From positions 322,817 to 386,816 of the forward strand of contig OZ316892.1 of NCBI GenBank assembly GCA_973895155.1: DNA of 64,000 nt. Reading direction: 5' to 3'. Below are positions 55,916-64,000 of the stretch, piece by piece (the first letter of the stretch is position 1; each line of letters begins with the position of its first letter). This stretch comes from Marsupella aquatica. Lineage: Eukaryota > Plantae > Marchantiophyta. The translations under genes were made by a program, and so were the position numbers. The notes under the pieces were generated by a model, which worked only from the letters and a program-made list of their open reading frames with translations, was not told the origin of the DNA and made no database searches.

Positions 55916-57854
55916 CCAAGAAGAATGTCAATACAATTGGAAAGTAGATATCTAGGCGACCTTTGCCGATATTTGAGGGAAAGCGTTACAGATAGAGGTC
56001 GTCCAATTGAACGTTGTCGTGCCAAAAGATTTCGGCTCAGGAATGGCTTTTATAGGGGATGATGGGCGAGGCCTCCCGGTTGGGTTGCGTGCATGCTGAC
56101 TCAGAGGGGCTGCTTGGTTGGATGGATTGAGGTTTGGTGATTGGGTGACTCATCATCACCAGGTTTGGTGTTTGGGTGAGTCACCAGGCTTGGAGTTTGG
56201 ATGAGCCTCGTTGATGGCAGCTGGCTCAGGCTGGATGGTTGGGTTTCCGATGCTACTTAAGACTTGAGCCTCGGCTCATTGAGGTTGGCGGTTGTCTATT
56301 GAGATCTGTTGAGTTGCGTTCTGTGAGTTCCGCTCCGTTCTGCGGAACTCGGCTGTGGCGCGGCGGTTTTAAAGTTCTGAGTGAGTTTTCGATCCAGGCG
56401 GGGAATTTCTCAAGTCTGGAGTCTCGTTGGTCCAGGCCCGAGTTCCGTGCAAGCTGTTTTAGACTAGTGGAGTAGCTAGTCGAGTTTTGGTTTTGTGAGC
56501 TAAGGAGGATAGTTTTTCCGTCAGATTTCGATTAGTTAGTCACTCGAGGAGTTCTACCCGACAAGTTAGAGGTAGCGGCCCGCCGTAGGGCCAGCTACCA
56601 GACTCTTGCGGGCAAGCTTACTCGAGGGCACCTATTGTAACCTTTGTGAGAAAAGTAAAAAATATAAAGGAATGAGAGTTCGCTCCGAAAAGTGCTTGTC
56701 ACCTGTCCCGATCGCAGCCAGAAACGCGTAGTTTGCCCGAGGAGCCCCTCGTGACAACGTCCTTCAATTGACCCCATGCAACGAGCTTCACCGAGATTTG
56801 GCGGATTTCATGCATATAGAGGAAAGCGTTAGACACTTACAAGTCTCAAAAAATTTCCCCATTGAGAAAACCAAACAATCCACCAAGACATCCATGTTGT
56901 GAGCTCCTTCACTTTTCTGGGTTAGTAGTGTGTTGCCCTTGCTCCACCATGTCTTAAGCTTTTCAAAAACTCAAAATGCAAGAACTATGTTGTCGGCGTG
57001 TCGAAGAGAATCTAGAATTTCCTTATGCTCAAATGTCTTATGTGGGACAATGTGCTTCAATCTGCACCCTCTCCACTGATTGGGCCCAATGAAACACATC
57101 TTCTGTATGGGTTTTTATCTTTCCATCCCAAAATTCATTGCAGATTGCATTCCACCCAGTAGTAGCATTATCAGCCCTAAACCCTTTGTGTAGCCACAAA
57201 ATTCAACATTCTTTAGCCCATGTTCTCCAGACACCCTCCTCATGACCTTCCATGTTTGCAATGTCCCACTATCTTCTGAAACACCACGTTTAGGGTTTAG
57301 GGTTTATGTTATGGTTGTACGGCTGATGTAGATTTAACGCGCGGTTTCTGAAACTAGTTCACAGACAAAGATTGTGCACAGGCCTCGATAGAAATGGTCA
57401 TACACGTGTGCTGACATGGTGCACCATTACATGCCCCGATAGAAATGGTCAGACATGTGTGCTGACATGATGGACCATTTGTTGTCAAGTATGCAATGCA
57501 TGACATCATACATCACCCATATTGTTTGTCATGGAGAAGTCATGGAGAGTACCTAAGGATTGGCAATGGCCGTTTACTGGCAGTTGCTTGTAAAATCGGT
57601 GAATGTATGAAAGGCTCTTCCAGCCTCGTAGGAACTAGTTACAACGCCAGATTGCATAATCTCAAACTTCCTTTGAGAACTTCCAGCGCCGGCGGCAAAA
57701 GAAACCTCCCGCAAATAACTGTTTTTGAATGTACGCCCTTCATCCGTCCACCTTATGCCACATATACGACGATTCACAAATCTGGCCCAAGTAATCTGAT
57801 GATAATTTTTGAGATTGTGAATACAATTGAAAAATATTATTGTCAACGTTTTAA

Positions 57855-58054
57855 ACCACACCTGCCATTATAAAAGCCTCATTTCATGTCTCACTACTCA
57901 CCATCAAAGGTGGAACACTAGCACCTTTTGTGTAATACTTGCCAAAAAAAGGTTTTGCAATCAGCACTTTTTGTGGAACTCAAAGTACATTCTTGAACAA
58001 TTACTCTTTACAATGAAAGCTAAACCCTAAACCCTTTATAGTGGCAGGTGTGGT
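57855..58054. mobile_element. 200-bp MITE with ~20-bp TIRs at a TTAA site
   Basis: TTAA-ACCACACCTGCCATTATAAA ... TTTATAGTGGCAGGTGTGGT-TTAA. The empty site TGTCAACGTTTTAAGTAGC is present in the adjacent repeats. Confidence 0.85.
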
Positions 58055-58249
58055 TTAAGTAGCTAAGAGCTCCGAGTATTCACGCATTGAGCGCTTGCTT
58101 GTACAGTAGGTGCATTGTCAACGTTTTAAGTAGCTAAGAGTATTCACGCATTGAGCGCTTGCTTGTACAGTAGGTGCATTGTCAACGTTTTAAGTAGCTA
58201 AGAGCTCCGAGTATTCACGCATTGAGCGCTTGCTTGTACAGTAGGTGCA
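58055..58249. repeat. ~70-bp tandem repeat, 3 copies
   Basis: TTAAGTAGCTAAGAG...GTACAGTAGGTGCA repeated; the second copy has a short deletion. Confidence 0.9.
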
Positions 58250-58559
58250 GTAGATAATCAAGACTGACAACAGACTTTAATGCATGCGAGTTGATCGAAG
58301 AAACTCGCAATTCATTCTAAGCAGCAGCATTCATGTTGATGATTCACAACTTTCGTAATGAATGCATTTGTTCGATCCGTGATCGAGTCTGTAGAAAACT
58401 GATTATATACAATGTTTTGCCGAAAATAGCTGATTTCGAAAGTGATAAAAAAACACACTGAAATAAAGCTTGACCCTTCGGACTATTTTGCTGACTCGAC
58501 TAGTGAGAGTTCAACTGTTGTTAATTATCGATGATTTTGCTTGTAGATCACTGCCGCTC

Positions 58560-58777
58560 TGTGGAACAACTACCTCTAAGTTTACTCTTGGATGGAGATT
58601 CCCTCTTGTTCAATTCAAGCTTTTAATAGCTGATCATTGCGGTAAACTGTACATAGCTCAGGTGAGTGTGGAACAACTACCTCTAAGTCTACTTCTCGAT
58701 GGAGATTCTCACTTGTTCAATTCAAGCTTTTAATACCCGATCATTGCGGTAAATTGTACATTGCTCAGGTGAGTGTG
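58560..58777. repeat. ~108-bp tandem duplication
   Basis: GTGGAACAACTACCTCTAAGT...GCTCAGGTGAGTGT occurs twice. Confidence 0.85.
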
Positions 58778-60510
58778 TTCAGCTGTAACTCTCTTTTGAA
58801 CGTATAGGTGAGTAAAAGCAACCTTGCAAGAGAAAGATTTTTCAATATTCACGCTCATTTATGATTTGTCCCCATTTCCTACACCCCAAAGTTAAATGAA
58901 AGTACCCAGAGTTAGGCTCTAGAGGCTTCACTCTAGACCTAGGCCATAGAAATATATTTCTATCGCGATCACTAGTAAGATTATATGACACACATTTCAG
59001 TGTAGACACCCGGGTTATGATCAGTTGCAGTAAGTAGGTAAATGTGACAAGTCATGCATGATTGTGTATTCGATTGCTTGCATCAGCCTTGCAGTTTACG
59101 GCTGCTCAGCCCGGCCAATATCGGTACATGGATTCTAGCTTTCGCAAGTTAATCACGATTGCAGTTAGTTTTGCTCCGCTAGTTGAAATTACCTAACACA
59201 ATAACTACAGGGTATGCAAAAGTTGGGCTATAAAGGTCTTCAGTAATCACATCATTAGATAGTAAGTTGTTTCTTGCCTTGCCTTGTAGTCCACTTACAG
59301 ATGATCGAGTGGGTACTGACGCTCGTCTGATTCCAGCTTTCCCGATAACCGTGGGTCACTTTAGATATGACTGAGAGGTGCTACCGTACAATCAAAGCAC
59401 ACGGTAAGCATCAGGCTGTATTCGCGTAATGCATCTAAATCAACATGCATTCATTGAATTCACTCCATATGATAGCTTTTGAGTCTGACTAAGTTTATAG
59501 TCTCTGGATAGTGACATCAACTGTCGATCATGAAGTGTAACATCCACTGTCGATCAGAAGTCGTTGAGCATGTTTTCAGAAGTTGTCAAACCAGCTCAGG
59601 TCAGCTGTGTACTGAACAATGTTGGCTTTGTCGACAAGCATGTTCAAGATATGCAGACATGTCTTGGGCAGTCATATGGAGACAAATTGAAAGGCTAAGG
59701 CAAATACTGCTTGCGGTTGTGAGACAGCCATGCCTTTAACGCAACAGGTCAAGGCATCGATATACTCAAAAGAAGGGGATGTGTTTACATTGTTGCATTT
59801 CCTTGGTCCTGGTAATGTGCTATAAATTTTCAGTAAGGAACTTGAAGTTTTGTGTTCAATGGAGGATTCCGTCGAAGGATAATATCGTCTTTGCGATGGG
59901 ATCAACTAGTGTAAGGCCGTACTATTATACACTGGTATGCAATTTTAGCTTCCGAACCTTTCAATGGAAAATTTTCTAGTAAGAGCGAATTCAGCTCCTT
60001 CACCATTCATTCTAGAAACGTCCTAATAGAGAACGCTAAAAAATTGAGACCATTCGCAATTGACATCAGGTTTATACGATTATTTGCAAACTAACGGAAC
60101 TCACTCTAAGTTGTCACAATACGACACCAAAATCTGGAATGTATCCCGTAAGAGGAGATCGAGCAATTTTCTAAGTCCCCTAAAGAAATGTCTCCGAGCA
60201 TTGTGCGATTAAGTCCCTGCCATGGATTTTCACGTCGTGCATTATAAAGAGCAAACGCTAAGAACAGGAGTCCGTATCGCAAAAATAGTGCACCAGGATG
60301 CCAAACCAATTTTCCATAAGGTCATTCGTTGTAATTCCACAACAAATCAACTTTTAAGGTTTGCAGGATCAACCTGTTCCTACTTGTGAAAAATACGTGA
60401 GAGCTCACTCAATGCAGAGTATGGAACATTCAACCTGATTATGTCTGGGCTGCCAGTGAGTATTGCTTACAGCCACTTTCCTGCCAGCCACAACACACCT
60501 TTCAATCTGG

Positions 60511-62772
60511 TCACCAGTAATCACCACAGGAACACATGCCATCTTTGAAATGATGAAAGCGATTTGCATCCCTCGCTATAATCTCGCGTCCTGTCACCTT
60601 AGAGATAAACTTGGTTGCTGTATGGCAGTCTGGACACACCCGAAGGTTCTTAGTTACACGAATTGGTTCTTCCGGAGGTATGTGAATTAGTCCGTAAGCA
60701 ATAGCCAACTTCTCACTATGAGAGCAAAGAGCTAGTTCTTTATCGTCCTCATTGATATCATGCAACACAAGCCGGGTATCGGGAATGTAGCCTTCAGCCT
60801 TCAGTTTTTCAGTCAATTTATTGAGCTCAGTATATATCGCCTTTGCTTCTGGGTGAGATGTATCCGCTACAACAAATTCATGGATCTTGTTATCAACTTC
60901 AATCCAGCAACGCCCTGGCTCCTTCCGAACACCTCTTCTTTGCATCATAGTGCGCACCATAGAGACGTTTTCCCACTTGCCAGCCGCAGCATAGATGTTG
61001 GAGAGAAGCACATATGTAGAGGCCATACTGGGTTCCAGCTTGAAAAGCTCTTGTGCGGCAAGTTCGCCCAACTCCACATTCCCGTGAGTTCTACAAGCCC
61101 CAAGCAAGGCTGTCCAAGTGACTGTATTTGGTTCCGTTGGCATGTCCCTAATGAAGAGCTTTGCTTCCTCAACGTGTCCTGCCCGCCCAAGAAGGTCCGC
61201 CATGCAGTTATAATGCATAATGTCAGGCTCGATGCCATAATCTTGCGTCATAGCTACAAAGAGTCTACGGCCGTCATTAATAAGGCCTCCATGACAACAG
61301 GCTGACAACACTGCCACGAATGAAGTCCCGTCGGGCTTCACACCGTCTTCGTTCATTTTTCTGAAAAGTTCCAGGGCCTCATTCCCACATCCATGTTGTG
61401 CAAGTCCACCGATCATTGCATTCCATGTGACTACATCGTGTTTCTCCATTCTCTCAAAAACCCGTCGGGCATCATCTATACTGCCACTCTTTGCATACAT
61501 GTGAACCAGTGCATTGCCCACACGCAAATCTGTCTCTAGTCCCACTCTGCAAGCATGGCTATGAACATCCTTCACCCACTCCAAAGCCCCCGCACTTGCA
61601 GATGCATTCAGAATGCTCAAATAAGTTATTGCACCTGGTTTGAAGCCTTCCCGTCTCATTTGGCGAAACAATCGATATGCTTCATGCCCACAACCATGTT
61701 GAGTAAGCCCGCCGATCATTGTATTCCATGTGACTACATCACGTTTCTCCATGCTGTCAAAAACTCGTCGGGCGTCATCTATACTGCCACACTCCGCATA
61801 CATGTGAACCAGTGCAGTGCCCACGCGCAAATGCGACTCCAGTCCCGCTTTGCTGGCATGCCCATGAACCTCCTTCACCCACTCCAAAGCCCCCGCACTT
61901 GCAGATGCATTCAGAATATTCACATAAGTCAACGCGTCTGCTTTGAAGCCTTCCCGTCTCATTTCGAGAAACAGTCGATATGCTTCCACACCATCACCAC
62001 GTTCTGCATATGCTCCAATCATAACATTCCATGTAATGACATTTCGATTGGGCAACTTTTCAAAAACTTTCTTTGCCTCGGCGATGCACCCACATTTTGC
62101 ATACATATGCAGGAGGGCAGTCCCCACACGTACGTCCGATTCAAAGCCTGCATGTCGAATGCGTTCATGAATTTCTGTTCCGCATGTTAGAGCTAATGGG
62201 CTGGCACATCCTTTCAGGATGGTCAGATATGTGATCTCATTAGGCTGCACGCCTTCTTGGCGCATTTGATTGAAAAGTTTGAGTGCAGATTCAACATGAT
62301 CACTTTTAGTATATCCTGCAATCATGTTGGTCCAAGTAATAACACTCTTCTTCTGAAGTTGATCGAAAACTCTACGTGCATCCAACAACGCTCCGCATTT
62401 GATATACACATTCAAGAGCGTGATTGCCACATATGGATTCTTATCAATTCCACTCTCGATGATGCAATCATGAATTTGCTTGGCTGCTGAAAGGTCTCTC
62501 TGTTGCAAGCACAGTTGCAGAACTTTAACATATGTGTACGAGTCTACAGTAATGCCACGTTGTAGACGATCGTTCAAAATAGCAACTGCTTCACTCGTGG
62601 TACCAGCACCATGCATATGCCTACTGCCACTCCCTTTTGAAGTGACTTGAGACCGATCTCCTGTGCAATAACCGAGATGAGATTGAAATCTGCCTTGAGG
62701 AGTCAAACTCGCCCTTGCCTTCACCCATGCTGGGGTTGACCATCCATCCACCCAAAGTGCTTCTTTTGTCAT
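60511..62772 (-). CDS. PLS-class pentatricopeptide-repeat protein with E and DYW domains (organellar C-to-U RNA editing factor); N-terminus/start uncertain
   Basis: P-L-S triplets (VTWNAMIGG, ALVHMYAK.GSIDDARRVF), PG box PGRCWIEV, HSEKLA, KNLRVCPDCH, terminal CSCGDYW. Confidence 0.96.
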   Translation of the reverse strand: MTKEALWVDGWSTPAWVKARASLTPQGRFQSHLGYCTGDRSQVTSKGSGSRHMHGAGTTSEAVAILNDRLQRGITVDSYTYVKVLQLCLQQRDLSAAKQIHDCIIESGIDKNPYVAITLLNVYIKCGALLDARRVFDQLQKKSVITWTNMIAGYTKSDHVESALKLFNQMRQEGVQPNEITYLTILKGCASPLALTCGTEIHERIRHAGFESDVRVGTALLHMYAKCGCIAEAKKVFEKLPNRNVITWNVMIGAYAERGDGVEAYRLFLEMRREGFKADALTYVNILNASASAGALEWVKEVHGHASKAGLESHLRVGTALVHMYAECGSIDDARRVFDSMEKRDVVTWNTMIGGLTQHGCGHEAYRLFRQMRREGFKPGAITYLSILNASASAGALEWVKDVHSHACRVGLETDLRVGNALVHMYAKSGSIDDARRVFERMEKHDVVTWNAMIGGLAQHGCGNEALELFRKMNEDGVKPDGTSFVAVLSACCHGGLINDGRRLFVAMTQDYGIEPDIMHYNCMADLLGRAGHVEEAKLFIRDMPTEPNTVTWTALLGACRTHGNVELGELAAQELFKLEPSMASTYVLLSNIYAAAGKWENVSMVRTMMQRRGVRKEPGRCWIEVDNKIHEFVVADTSHPEAKAIYTELNKLTEKLKAEGYIPDTRLVLHDINEDDKELALCSHSEKLAIAYGLIHIPPEEPIRVTKNLRVCPDCHTATKFISKVTGREIIARDANRFHHFKDGMCSCGDYW

Positions 62773-63497
62773 CTTCTGATTGAACTGAGGTGCTCTGGGC
62801 TTCCTCTGTCAGCACCACAACCCACGATGAGATCTAGTACCCGGATAAAATCCAGGAGATTCCACGAGGTGCAATAAAGTTTTACTTATTTCTCCAAGAC
62901 TATGTTTCCCAATGATCTTTCTACAATAAATGTTCAGACATAGATAGCAGACCGGTAAGTCTCTCGAGTCCTAGGGTGCATTTCCCACCTCCGTCCAAAG
63001 ATGTATTTTCTTGTCTCCTTTGCTCTGCTGTGATCTTTGGTACAGATAACTTGCAAAAGTTATATGACTCCTTTTTAGCTGAGAGTAACGGCTATCTGTC
63101 AAGAATGCAATGATCTTAGAGTAGAGTACAGAAACAACTGTGAAAGGCATATCCAGGTAGCTCAAGTATCAATAAGCGCATTCATACTCCGGTATTTCAC
63201 TGTAACCATCGAACGAACGGAGTCAAGAGCCTCCTGAATTGGCACTATAAACCTTCAGCCAGCGGTCCAATGTTATCCTTGGGTTGTGTATAGGACAGAC
63301 TCGTAGGGCACCTTGACAGGCGTTCATTAGTAAGTTGCCTACACTGTCCTTTCTATGCTATACACAAACCAGAATCTCAGGTTTTGGAAAAGAGACTATT
63401 TAGAATTGACTATTAGAATTGACTAGCCAGCATCTATAGATTGGCTCTAGACAATCCATCGTGATTAGGCACAGATGACATGAATGTGAGAGGCCTA

Positions 63498-63553
63498 CCC
63501 ACCCACCCACCGCCCCCCGCCCCCCGCCCCCCCCCCCCCCTCCTCCCCGCCCC
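63498..63553. repeat. C-rich low-complexity tract (G-quadruplex-capable on the - strand)
   Basis: Multiple C runs about 730 bp upstream of the PPR ORF. Confidence 0.7.
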
Positions 63554-64000
63554 GATCCCTTTGCTTCCTTGGAGATGAAACAGAATCAAACTTGAAGTTC
63601 AAGTCAAGTCTTCATCGTATAGGCCTCATAGCAGAAAATTCACGCAACTTTAAATGTCACACCGTGGTGCTGGACCAAAAGTTTTTGTTTACAAGTAGGT
63701 CTCTCACAACGTGGAAATCGCTCTTCAGTCCCATTACCTGAAGGCCTTGTACAAGAAGGATGGCTGATGCCAATACCAATCATACCTAGAGATGGAGGAT
63801 GGACTCTGCAAATCCAACGTGTTTGTTGAGAATGTATTCAAGGTCGTTTAGTCACATCAATCCAACAAAATGACATGCATACAAAATTAATCATACCTGG
63901 CTGTAGAATGTTGCCTAAAGCGGTCCATATCCAAAATTTCCATCGAGTCAGCTCCGTTTCTGTGCCGGGAATTGAGAACTTAATGGCACGGGAATCGAGA

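Noticed and set aside
55916-57280. Repeat-like non-coding block
   Set aside because: No termini, TSD or ORF could be defined.
57288-57305. TTTAGGG telomere repeats
   Set aside because: Only about 2.5 units; an ordinary telobox or interstitial motif, not a telomere.
63600-64000. Possible exons of a minus-strand gene at the window edge
   Set aside because: Splice-donor-like motifs are present but no protein is recognisable; it cannot be supported from this window.

Overview
This is eukaryotic, non-seed land-plant DNA, most likely from a moss; that call is inferred from the PLS-DYW PPR gene and the retroelement types. About 57 kb is a nested transposon stack, and one clear host gene, a DYW-type PPR RNA-editing factor, lies at 60511-62772 (-). 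Three systems stand out. (1) A Mutator-like (GCM-like/DDE/SWIM) DNA transposon family occurs in three diverged copies. It carries a divergently transcribed, spliced cargo gene with a ParB-like domain and a beta-class N4/N6 amino-DNA-methyltransferase-like domain. Its non-coding parts hold about 20 copies of a 15-bp palindrome, TAGCGCCNGGCGCTA. (2) A 15.5-kb non-chromovirus Ty3/Gypsy element has giant ~4.66-kb LTRs, each containing a ~1,100-codon ORF. It also has a textbook -1 frameshift signal between protease and RT. (3) A young, intact Ty1/Copia element is nested in an older relative, and both keep an in-frame TGA at the same gag/pol position. All domain calls come from motif recognition by eye; no database search was run.
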